From NCBI GenBank assembly GCA_038087875.1, contig CM075995.1, positions 9,550,001-9,614,000 of the forward strand: a stretch of 64,000 bases of DNA. The letters are read 5' to 3'. Positions 1 to 11,435 of this stretch are shown here, piece after piece. The stretch's first letter is position 1; each line of letters starts with the position of its first letter. The stretch is from Malacoraja senta. Lineage: Eukaryota. The translations under genes were made by a program, and so were the position numbers. The notes beneath the pieces are model-generated. The model was not told the origin of the DNA. It saw only the letters and a program-made list of their open reading frames with translations, and did not search any database.

Positions 1-1564
1 AGCGTAATAGTTGATTCTGCTAATGTTCAGGTAGTTTATTTTCTTTAAAAGCGTGAGTATATAAATTAAATAAATAAGGAGTTGTTATCTCATGAAATTT
101 TTAATAAAATTCATTACTAAAACCGTCTGGTCCGTCTTACCATTTTTCAACGATTTTATTGTTTCACCTATTTATTCGATTGTAATTTGCGCTCCAAGTT
201 ACTCTTGTTCCAAAAGGTAAAGTTTTGGAAGATTACAATTATCAAAAAATAAAATTATTTTACTATCTTCTATTTTAGTTTTTGATGTATATAAATGTTG
301 ATAAAATTGAGCAAATCTTTTATTAATATCTTTAGGCAGTATTAGTAATTCACCATTCTCTGATTTAATTTTATTTATAGTATTTTCTTTTTCTTGTTTT
401 TTCAGTTGACGAGCTAACAGCTTATGTGGTTTGTCACCAAACTCAAAATGTTCCTGTTTTGTAATTTGGAATAATCTTATTACTTTTGCCGATAGAATTC
501 GATTAAGTTTAAATTTCAGTAATATCTTATTATGTTTATCTATAGTGGGATCTTTAGCATTATCTAACTCTAACTGTCTAATTTCTTGTTCTAGCAACAT
601 TTGTTCTGTCTTATTCTTTTTATTTTGAAAAATTTCGTATGAAATAATAATTCCTCTAATAAATGCCTTAAAACTTTCCCATAATAAAGAAGGCGAGGTA
701 CCTGGCATATCATTTGTATCAAAGAAAAGTTTCATTTGTTGTTTTAAATATTGATAACCTTGTATGTCATTTAAAATATGGATATTAAACCTCCAAAAAA
801 ATTGTTTACCCGGCATTCCCTCGAATTTTACTGAAAATGTCAATGGGGAGTGATCAGAAATACTACTAATGTGGTATGTTGGATTAATTGTATATGGCAT
901 TAATTTCATATCCACTAAAAAATAATCAATTCTTGAATAAGTTTTATGTACCGAAGAGTAAAACGAGTATTCCCTTCCAGCTGGATTAGCAGATCTCCAT
1001 ACATCTACTATATTAGTATTTTTTATAATGTATTTAAAAGTTCACTAGTCTTAGAATTTAAATTGCTCCTCTTTTGTTTTACTGATTTGTCTAGATATGG
1101 ATCTAAAACACAATTGAAGTCCCCTCCTATTATCACATTCTGATAATTAACTCTGATATTATATCTATAATTTTATCAAAATATTTGGGGTTGTCAAAGT
1201 TCAGAGCGTAAATATTTATTATAGTTAGTGGGGTTGCATAAATTTCTCCCGAAACTATAATATACCTTCCCTCTTTATCCGATATAGTATTCTTTAAATT
1301 AAAAGGTATACCTTTTCGGATAAGAATAGCCATACCTCTAGATTTAGAAGTAAATGACAAGTAGTACGTTTGGCCTATCCACTTCGCCTTTAATCTCATT
1401 TGTGTTTGTTGTTTCATGCGAGTTTCCTGTAAAAACATTATGTCGCTGTTCATAGATTTTAGTTGAGCAAAAATGTTACCCCTCTTAATTGGTTCATTGG
1501 CACCCCTTATATTCCAACTACAGAATGTAATTCCTCCATTCTTTATTTGTTTATCGTCTTTCAT
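1..1564 (-). pseudogene. L1 ORF2p N-terminal part (AP endonuclease), disrupted
   Basis: ORFs 1133-1564 and 199-915 are collinear pieces broken by frameshifts and stops. Confidence 0.88.
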
Positions 1565-2618
1565 TATATATCAAACTAATATTCCTGAATCATATGGTGC
1601 AACCAAATACTTCCGAGTTCTGGGCGTTGGGTGGTCATGCCAAATGTTTAGATTTATATAGCATCTCCTTCTTGTGCAGTGCCTTTGAAAAAGAAAAGAA
1701 AGATGTGATATAAAATTGATTACAAAATTATTGTGCGAATAAAATTCTTTATAGTGAAGGAAAAAAAAGTGCTCTTAAGATATCTAAGAAAAGATATCTT
1801 AAAGACGAATGGCCACCTAAGGTGGTGAAAAATTTATAGACTTCCGTTGATGATGTTAAACATTGAGCTCCAACTCCTTAATAGATCCTCATAAAAAAAA
1901 CTACAGATCATTACATATTTTATCTTTGCTTATATAAATTTATCAAACTAGCCCCAATAAAAACCGAAAAAAATTAACAAAAAATCCAAAAAATCAAAGC
2001 GAGATATAAAAAATGAAAAAAATGAAAACACATATAAAACACAACCTAAGTTCAATTTTATAAATATATATGCCCTTCCAATTTATCTAACCTTAATCTA
2101 GTCTAAGCTTTACCATATATATCCACCCAGAATTCTTACACATACAAACAGGTACTAAGGGGTTAAACAAAACCTCACTACAGAATCTCTTCCAGTTATA
2201 TGCTGCAACTGACTCCTACCCACCCAAAAAGAAGAAAAAAAAGTTATGTTAATTGTGTTATAGACGTTTTAGTGACTTAAATCAATTATCTCCTTCCCGT
2301 CTCATGATTTATTCATGATTTATTCATATTTACTACATCCATTCACAAATAATTAGTAGTGTTAAATTTGTTAAAGTTGTTAATTATTTATAATTGGAGT
2401 ATAATAATTAAAAATCTTCTTAAATCAGCAGATTATATATTCCATGTCGTTCCATGTCCATTATACATTCCCTCATTAATTCTGTGTCTTCAACGTATTT
2501 TGGCTTTTCATTCAAGGTGAAATATAGACAGTACTCTCCCAAACACATTCCAGACAGATAAGCTTGCTAACTGTCTGGAAAATTCCGCCATCGTAACCAG
2601 TCCTAAAAGTTAAACCGA

Positions 2619-3779
2619 TCAATCTTCATCCGTGTCGGGAACTTCAGCCGCTTCACCAGAAGTGTTCTTTACGATATCCTCTGCATATTTAAAAGCTTTT
2701 TGGGGGTCTGTGAACGAGCGTACAGTACCATTATGAGTAATCTTCATTTTAGCTGGATAAACAATCCCATATCTCACATCGCGTATCCCTTTCAGAATAT
2801 TTCTTGTCTGTGTAAACAAGTTCCTTCTCTGAACGACCTCTGGGGGGTAATCCCGGAAAAATCGAATATTATCCCCACGATATGTCAGATTCTCCCCATG
2901 AGCAATCCTTTTCAATATAAATTCCACTGAAGAGATATCGAGGAATTTCACAATTATCTGTCTTGGAGGAGCATTTGCCTCTCTTGAAACACATCCAACT
3001 CTGTGAGCGACATCTATTCTTGGTGCTCCCGGCAGTTCAAAAACTTCTTTGAGTAAGTCAGTAACAAAAGTACATGTTTGAGATCTGTGTCCCTCTCGTC
3101 CTTCTCTCACTCCAACAATTCTCAAATCCTGCCTTCTCGATCTTGCTTCCAAATCCAGACATTTGTCTGTCATTTTTACAAGTTTTTCTTCCTCAATTTT
3201 TTGTGATTTTTTTTCAAACTCTTTATTTCAGTGGCCATTACTTTTATTTCATTCTCCATCTCTTCCATTAACTCATCCAGCTTTCCCATATTATCCTTAA
3301 CATCAGTAAATTTCTTATTATAGTCATTTTCGAGTCTAGCACATTCTGACTTTAATTTTTTTATCAGCCTCCTTATGTTGTTTCTTCAGCTCCTTTAACT
3401 CACCATAAGCTGTGTCAATTTTTTGAGAAATTCTCTCCATATTAGTCTCGATACTCTGCTTATTACTCTCCGTATTAGACTCCATACTCTGGATCTTTTC
3501 CAGTGTAGCATTGATTGTTGTAGACATTTCTAAAAGCATTTGCTTTACCTCCTCCTTCTCCTTCTTGTCTCCTTTTGCAGCCATTTCAAGCAGTGATCCT
3601 TGGCTGTCGAATTCTTCTTCTTCTGAGCCTTCTTCTGTCGTTTGCAGAGTATCCAAGACTTTCTCGAGTTGGAGACTTATGGTGTTCTTCTTGGGTGCTC
3701 GTGAGACTTTCTTCTCATTTAAAGTCCTGATTTTTAACGTTAAACTCCCGTTTTTCACGTCGCCTTGTGATGACGTCAC
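2619..3779 (-). pseudogene. L1 ORF1p (coiled coil plus RRM/CTD, Transposase_22-like), frameshifted
   Basis: ORFs 3336-3779 and 2619-3173 carry DLEARSRRQDLRIVGVREG, IDVAHR, PRQIIVKF and YGIVYPAKM. Confidence 0.85.
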
Positions 3780-3832
3780 CCTTACGCGACGCCAAGCAGC
3801 TCCGGTGAGGTTTTTTAAAAAATTTTTTTTAT

Positions 3833-5073
3833 AATCGGTACTGATTTAGAAAACAGCTTTTTAACGGTTTTTAACAGTTTTTGCTGGAGAGGAGCTCAAT
3901 GTGACGCCTTCAGTACTCCATAGCGCCACCGGAAGTCTTTATCTAACAAAGCAAATTTGTATTTCCATATGAAATATGGAAAATTAACGCGGGGCCCAAT
4001 TTGGAAAAATCGGTTTTGGAAAAATTGAAGGACCTGTTTCTGTGTGGTACTGTTCCATGTCTCTATATTCTATCATGCTGACTGGCGGTGTGAACACCAC
4101 CGCAATTCTTCAACTTCATAATTCGTTTTTCCATCAATCTAATGTAGAGATTATTGTCGACACCATATTATAATGTTATAATGATTTTCTTCTTTTTACT
4201 CCGTTTCATCATTGTTTGAGATTCTGTTCAACAACGGTGTAATTTGAAAACTTGTGACTGGGAAACATAGAAACAATGAAACATAGAAAAATAGTTGCAG
4301 GAGTAGGCCTAGCCCTTGGAGCCAGCACCGCCATTCAATATGATCATGGCTGATCATCTAAAATCAGTATCCCGTTCCTGCTTTTCCCCCATATCTCTTG
4401 ATTCCTTTAGCCCAAAGAACTAAATCTAACTCTCTTTTTTTTTTTTTTTTAAATCGGTACTGATTTAGAAAACAGCTTTTTAACGGTTTTTAACAGTTTT
4501 TGCTGGAGAGGAGCTCAATGTGACGCCTTCAGTACTCCATAGCGCCACCGGAAGTCTTTATCTAACAAAGCAAATTTGTATTTCCATATGAAATATGGAA
4601 AATTAACGCAGGGCCCAATTTGGAAAAATCGGTTCAATCGGCCTAGGGTCGGCCCTGGGCTGAAGGACCTGTTTCTGTGTGGTACTGTTCCATGTCTCTA
4701 TATTCTATCATGCTGACTGGCGGTGTGAACACCACCGCAATTCTTCAACTTCATAATTCGTTTTTCCATCAATCTAATGTAGAGATTATTGTCGACACCA
4801 TATTATAATGTTATAATGATTTTCTTCTTTTTACTCCGTTTCATCATTGTTTGAGATTCTGTTCAACAACGGTGTAATTTGAAAACTTGTGACTGGGAAA
4901 CATAGAAACAATGAAACATAGAAAAATAGTTGCAGGAGTAGGCCTAGCCCTTGGAGCCAGCACCACCATTCAATATGATCATGGCTGATCATCTAAAATC
5001 AGTATCCCGTTCCTGCTTTTCCCCCATATCCCTTGATTCCTTTAGCCCAAAGAACTAAATCTAACTCTCTTTT
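3833..5073. repeat. ~620-bp tandem duplication (3833-4440 and 4452-5073)
   Basis: Both units start AATCGGTACTGATTTAGAAAACAGC and end AAATCTAACTCTCTTTT. They are joined through a T-run and are nearly identical except for a ~25-bp local change (about 4015 versus 4635-4660). Confidence 0.95.
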
Positions 5074-5290
5074 AAAAACATCCAGTGAATTGGCCTTCAC
5101 TGCCTTCTGTGGCAGAGATTCCACAGATTCGCAACTCTCAAGGTGCAAACGTTTTTCCTCATTTCAGTCTTAAACTGTAACACTTGGTTCTGGACTTCCC
5201 CAACATCGGGAAAATGTTCCTTCATCTAGTCTGTCCAATCCCATTAGAAGTTTATATGTTTCTATGAGATCTCCTCTCATCCTTCTAAAG
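4897..5290 (-). mobile_element. HER1/CR1-like LINE 3' fragment (3' tip also duplicated at 4262-4440)
   Basis: It has a GAAACATA-type tail and a 3' UTR (GCAGGAGTAGGCC...CCATTCAATATGATCATGGCTGATCATC) shared with other copies in the window. Confidence 0.85.
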
Positions 5291-5296
5291 GTGATC

Positions 5297-8200
5297 ATCC
5301 ATATAAACCATATAACCATATAAAATTACAGCACGGAAACAGGCCATCTCGGCCCTTCTAGTCCGTGCCGAACACTTATTCTCCCATAGTCCCATCTACC
5401 TGCACTCAGACCATAACCATCCATTCCTTTCCCATCCATATGCCTATCCAATTTATTTTTAAAAGATAAAATCGAACCTGCCTCCACCACTTCCGCTGGA
5501 AGTTCATTCCACACAGCTACCGCTCTCTGAGTAAAGAGGTTCCCCCTCATGTTACCCCTAAACTTCTGTCCCATAATTCTCAAATCATGTCCTCTTGTTT
5601 GAATCTTCCCTACTCTCAATGGAAAAAGCTTATCCACGTCAACTCTGTCTATCGCTCATCATTTTAAAGACCTCTATCAAGTCCCCCCTTAAACTTCTGC
5701 GCTCCAAAGAATAAAGACCTAACTTGTTCAACCTTTCTCTGTAACTTAGTTGCTGAAACCCAGGCAACATTCTACTAAATCTCCTCTGTACTCTCACTAT
5801 TTTGTTGACATCTTTCCCATAATTTGGCAACCAAAATTGTACACCATACTCCAGAATTGGCCTCACCAATGCCTTGTACTATTTTAACATTACATCCCAA
5901 CTTCTATACTCAATGCTCTGATTTATAAAAGCCAGCACACCAAAATGCTTTCTTTACCTCCCTATCTACATGAGATTCCACCTTCAGGGAACTATGCACA
6001 GTTATTCCTAGATCCCTCTGTTCAACTGCATTCCTCAATTCGCTACCATTTCCCATGTATGTCCTATTTTGATTTGTCCTGCCAAGATGTAGCACCTCAC
6101 ACTTATCAGCATTAAACACCATCTGCCATCTCTCAGCCCACTCTTCCAAATGGCCTAAATCTCTCTGTAGACTTTGCAAATCTACTTCATTATCCACAAC
6201 ACCACCTATCTTAGTATCATCTGCATTCTTACTAATCCAATTTACCACCCCATCATCCAGATCATTGATGTATATGACAAACAACAGTGGACCCAGCACA
6301 GATCCCTGAGGCACCCCACTAGTCACCGGCCTCCAACCTGACAAACAGCCATCCACCATTACTCTCTGGCATCTCCCATTCAGCCACTGTTGAATCCTCT
6401 TGCTACTCCACCATTAATACCCAACAATTGAACCTTCTTAACCTACCTTCCATGTGGAACCTTGTCAAAGGCCTTACTGAAGTCCATATAGACAACATCC
6501 ACCGCTTTGCCCTCATCAATTTCCCTAGTAACTTCTTCAAAAAATTCTAGAAGATTAGCAAAAACATGACCTTCCAGGCACAAATCCATGTTGACTGTTC
6601 CTAATCAGACCCTGTTTATCCAGATGCTTATATATATTATCTCTAAGTATCCTTTCCATTAATTTGCCCACCACTGACGTCAAACTAACAGGTCTATAAT
6701 TGCTAGGTTTATTCTTAGAACCCTTTTTAAACAATGGCACAACATGCGCAGTATGCCAATCCTCCGGCACCATTCCCGTTTCTAATGACATTTGAAATAT
6801 TTCTGTCTTAGCCCCTGCTATTTCTACACTCTTCCCTCAATGTCCTAGGGAATATCCTGTCAGGACCTGGAGACTTATCCACTTTTATATTTTTCAAAAG
6901 TGTCAGTACTTCCTCTTCTTTGAATCTCATAGTTTCCATAGCTAATCTACTTGTTTCCCTTACCTCACATAATTCAATATCCTTCTCCTTGGTGAATACC
7001 GAAGAAAAGAAATTGTTCAATATCTCCCCCATCTCTTTTGGCTCTGCAGATAGCTGTCCACTCTGACTCTCTAATGGACCAATTTTATCCCTCGTTATCC
7101 TTTTGCTATTAATATAGCTGTAGAAACCCTTTGGATTTACTTTCACCTTACTTGCCAAAGCAACCTCATATCTTCTTTTAGCTTTTCTAATTTCTTTCTG
7201 AATATTGTTTTTACATTCTTTATACTCCTCAAGCACCTCATTTACTCCCTGCTGCCTATAATTAATATAGATCTCTCTCTTTTTCCAAACCAAGTGTCCA
7301 ATTTCCCTTGAAAACCATGGCTCTTTCCAATTATTACTATTTCCTTTCAACCGAACAGGGACATAAAGATCTGTACTCTTAAAATGTCACCATTAAATGT
7401 CCTCCATTTCTCTTCTACATCCTTCCCATAAAACAAAATATCCCAATTCACTCCTTTTAAATCCTTTCACATCTCCTCAAAGTTAGCCTTTCTCCAATCA
7501 AAACTCTCAACCCTTGGTCCAGTTCTGACCTTCTCCATAATTATATTGAAACTAATGGTATTGTGATCACTGGACCCGAAGTGCTCCCCAACACATACCT
7601 CTGCCACCTGACCTGTCTCATTTCCTAACAGGCGGTCCTGCACTGCCCCTTCTCTAGTAGGTATCTATGTATTGCTACAAAAAAACTATCCTGCGCACAT
7701 TTTACAAACTCCACACCATCCAGCTCTTTTACAGAATGTGTTTCCCAGTCTATGTGTGGAAAATTGAAATCTCCCACAATCACTACCTTGTGCTTTCTAC
7801 TAATATCTGCTATCTCCTTACATATTTGCTCTTCCAATTCTCGCTCCCCATTAGGCGGTCTAGAATACACCCCTATAAGTGTTGCTACACCTTTCCCATT
7901 TCTCAGTTCCACCCAAATAGCCTCCCTAGACGAGCCCTCTAATCTATCCTGCCAAAGCACTGCTGTAATATCTTCCCTGACAAGCAATGCAACACCTCCA
8001 CCTCTTGCCCCTCCAATTCTATCACACCTGAAGCAACAAAATCCTGGAATATTTAGTTTCCAATCACAGCAATCCTGCAACCATGTTTCACTAATCGCCA
8101 CAACATCATACTTCCAGGTGTCAATTCAGGCTCTAAGCTCATCCACCTTTCTTACAATGCTCCTAGCATTAAAATATACACATTTAAGAAACCCACCACC

Positions 8201-8505
8201 TCTTATTTTCTATTTATTATCTTTTTCTTCTTTCACCCCTACATGTTGGGTCTGAGTGCTTCCCTTCTCTGCCTCCTGCCTCACACACTGTCTACTAGAT
8301 TTCTCTATTTGAGTCCCTCCCCCCGACTGTTCTAGTTTAAAGTCTCCCCAGTAGCCTTTGCAAATCTCCCTGCCAGGATATTTTTCCCACTCGGGTTCAA
8401 GTGCAACCCGTCCTTTTTGTACAGGTCACACCTTCCCCAAAAGCGGTCCCAATGATGCAGAAACTTGAATCCCTGCCCTCTGCAACAGTCCCTCAGCCAC
8501 ACATC
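5297..8505 (-). mobile_element. CR1-clade LINE: near-complete ORF2 (APE + RT) plus the end of ORF1, decayed
   Basis: (CATATAAC)n tail at 5297-5325. ORF pieces contain ISETW, VGDFNFP, SPGPD, NYRPVSLTS, GVPQGSVLGP, ADDTK and RPILEY. Confidence 0.93.
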
Positions 8506-8509
8506 CCTT

Positions 8510-10078
8510 TCTTGTTCCTCAGCTCCACCCATATAGCCTCACTAGACGAACCGTCTATAATGTCACCTCTGAACACAGTCGTGGCACCCTCTTTAACCAA
8601 CAATGCACCCCCCCCCCAACTCCTCTTTTTCCATCACCAATGCCTTTACCCTGGAACATTGAGCTGTCAGTCCTGCCCCTCCCTTAACTAGGTTTCAGTC
8701 ATGGCTACAACATCCCAGTCGCTCGTACCTATCCACACCCTACTCATCTGCTTTACCCGTCAAGCCCCTTGCATTAAAATACATGCAGTTTAAACCAACC
8801 CTCCTTCTTCACTCTCTGGCTTTTTGCCTAATCTGTCCATTAACCTTTCCTAAACCACCCTCCATACCAACTTCCAGCCTCTCCTGTGCCTCTGTCCTGC
8901 ACAAGATCCCACCCCCCTGCCAATCTAGTTTAAACCCTCCCATGTAGCATTAGCAAACCTTCCCGCTAGGATGTTGGTCCCCCTCTAGTTTTGGTGCAAC
9001 CCGTTCATTTTATACAGGACACCCCTGCCCCGGAAGAGATCCCAATAATCCAGAAATCCGAATCCCTACCCCACGCACCAACTCCTCAGCCATACATTCA
9101 TATCCTCTATCTTCCTATTCTTACCTTCACTAGCACAAGGTACCAGAGGCAATCCTGAAATAAATACCCTGCAGGTCCTGCTTTTCAGTCTTTTGCCCAA
9201 TTCCATAAAATCTTGTTGCAAAACCTCCTTCCTCTTGCGAACTACATCATTCGTGCCAACATGCACAACAACCTCCGGCTGCTCCCCCTCACTCTTGAGG
9301 ATGTCGTGCAGCCACTCCGAGATGTCTTGGACCCTGGCACCAGGGAGGCAACACACCATCCAGGAGCCTCGCCTGCTGCCGCAGAATCTCCTGTCCGCAC
9401 CTCTGATGATGGAGTCTCTCACGACTATGGCTCTGCCTGACATCACTCTTCCCCATTGAGCCTCAGCACCAGGGATATAATCACAGCCCTGGCTACCACT
9501 CATTCTTGTGTCGTCCACTCCCAAGAGGGTGTAGCTGTTTTCAGTAGGTACAGCCACCTGCACTCCACTTTTATTCCTCTTTCTCCCAGTCACTCACCTT
9601 CGCTCTTCCTGTATCTTTAGTGTAACAACCTCACTTTAGGTCCTGTCCAGGAAAGACTCGTGTTCCCGGATGGCCCCGAGGTCATCCAGCTGCTGCTCCA
9701 GCTCCCCAACACGTTCATTCAGGAGCTGCACTTGGACACAATTTCCGCAGGTGTGGTTTCCAGAAGTACCAGCGGTGTCCCTGACTTCCCACATCCTACA
9801 GGAAACGCATTGCATCAATTTCCCTGCCTTTTTTTTTTTTTTCAACAGACAAAAAAAAAAATAACAGCTTTGGAATCGAGTATAGGCTCCTTGTCTCAGT
9901 CACCAAGGCATTTGAGCCAAAGACTCACACTTTACTCACCAAGCACTTCTCCTCAACAAGGCCGCTCTGCTACAGCTGCACTTGTTTTTAATCTCTTACC
10001 TAATTAACTACTTTAGGGCTAATTAGTAAATTACCTGAACCTGGGTCTAGGCGCTCTTTTTAAACTCTCTTTCCCTGT
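8510..10078 (-). mobile_element. 5' half of a second, older CR1 LINE (ORF1 zinc finger + SGNH esterase, start of APE)
   Basis: ORF 9636-9845 has CVSC...CGNC and a leucine-zipper-like stretch. ORF 9066-9593 has DSIIRG, CLPGA and VHVGTND, the CR1 ORF1 esterase motifs. Confidence 0.88.
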
Positions 10079-10223
10079 GACTCGCCTTCTTGGCGATGCA
10101 GACGGCGCTGGAGAAAAACCTGCTCTCTTTGAAATGATATTCACACGAGAACCGTTTTTGCAGATTATAAAAGAGTAGAAATTAATGACCGTACGACCGT
10201 CCGGAGAAAGATTCTAGAGGCCC

Positions 10224-11435
10224 ATGGCTTCAGGGAGTGGTGGTTCTGAGGGTGGTGGGTGGCAGACTGCAGGTAAGGAAAAGGGGGGCTCTAAGAGAGA
10301 GGCATCAAGCGAAAGACCCGAAATGTCAGGAGACGAAGGAAGTAAAGTTAGGAGAACTAAAATTATTGAAGAATTCGTCGTGCTGTTTAAAGTTAAAGGA
10401 ACAAATCAAGGAGATGCAGGATTTAGAGCAGTGAATCCATTAAAAATTACCACCGCTTTGGAGAGCCAGATAGGTAGGGATTTTCAGGCCAAGATTCTGT
10501 ATAATGGAATGTTAAGAGTTTGTTGCAAAGACAGAAAACAGTTTAATGATGCTAGGGGTGTGGGGAAGTTGGTGGTCAAGGTGGAGAGTTTGGTCCCTAG
10601 AGGAAGAGAGCAGGGAATAAAGGGAGTGGTGTATGGGATGTATGATGGCTTGTCTGAGAAGGAGATCTTAGAAAATGTTAAGGGGGCCCAGGTAATTGAT
10701 GTTGTGAGATTTAAGAGTAGGAATGGAGTCAGGGACCCGCCGGTCCTGCTTACGTTCAAAGATGGAGTACTGCCACAGAGAGTGTTTCTTGGGAGTATGG
10801 CGTATCAAGTGAGGGAGTACATTAAACCACCGTTGCGCTGCTATAACTGTCAGAGGTTTGGACATGTTGCTGGGTCTTGTCGGGGTAAAAGAAAGTGCGC
10901 AAAGTGCAGTGGAGATCATGCAATACAAAATTGCAAGGCAGAGGCTCCTAAGTGCCCTAACTGTGATGGGGATCATGCAGCAGGGTTTCATGGTTGTGAG
11001 CGCTTTGTTCAGGCGAAGCGAGTACAGGAAGTGAAGGATCAGAACAATGTGTCATATGCAGAGGCAGCTCAAAGGGTGGCTAGAGAACGCGGAGATGTGA
11101 GCGCTGGGACTAGAGTGGTGCTAGGAAGCCAGATCACTGTGCCAAACTTGCCGTCGGCTTTTCCATCTGACATGTTGATTTTTAATAAGGAGTCATTTCT
11201 GTCTGTTGTTTCTGATGTGCTGGTAGGAGCTAAGAAAGGAGCTAAGAAAGCAGCTAACCGGTCAGATATCATCAGGTTAATGGTGGGGGCAGCTGAAAGA
11301 TTCCTCAGTGTAAAGCAGTTGCCAGAAAAGTTGCATCAATACATGACGGAGAGTCAGTGTATGGAGAGGTCACAGTTGTCGAGAGCTAGCAGTATGGAGT
11401 ATGTCAGTGAGGTGGATGATGGTGATCCTCATTAA
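10224..11435 (+). CDS. Nimb/I-type ORF1 (gag-like nucleic-acid-binding protein), open 403 aa
   Basis: Zinc knuckles CYNCQRFGHVAGSC, CAKCSGDHAIQNC and CPNCDGDHAAGFHGC. Confidence 0.88.
   Translation: MASGSGGSEGGGWQTAGKEKGGSKREASSERPEMSGDEGSKVRRTKIIEEFVVLFKVKGTNQGDAGFRAVNPLKITTALESQIGRDFQAKILYNGMLRVCCKDRKQFNDARGVGKLVVKVESLVPRGREQGIKGVVYGMYDGLSEKEILENVKGAQVIDVVRFKSRNGVRDPPVLLTFKDGVLPQRVFLGSMAYQVREYIKPPLRCYNCQRFGHVAGSCRGKRKCAKCSGDHAIQNCKAEAPKCPNCDGDHAAGFHGCERFVQAKRVQEVKDQNNVSYAEAAQRVARERGDVSAGTRVVLGSQITVPNLPSAFPSDMLIFNKESFLSVVSDVLVGAKKGAKKAANRSDIIRLMVGAAERFLSVKQLPEKLHQYMTESQCMERSQLSRASSMEYVSEVDDGDPH

Larger units (their letters stand above)
1..3937 (-). mobile_element. L1 (LINE-1 clade) retrotransposon, 5' part, decayed; runs off the window start
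   Basis: On the minus strand the 5' end reads GACTTCCGGTGGCGCTATGG from 3937. It is followed by L1-type ORF1 pieces, an AT-rich ~1 kb inter-ORF spacer, and ORF2 with APE endonuclease motifs (SWNIRG, FLQET, ISDHSP) and LWESFKAFIRG. Confidence 0.93.
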
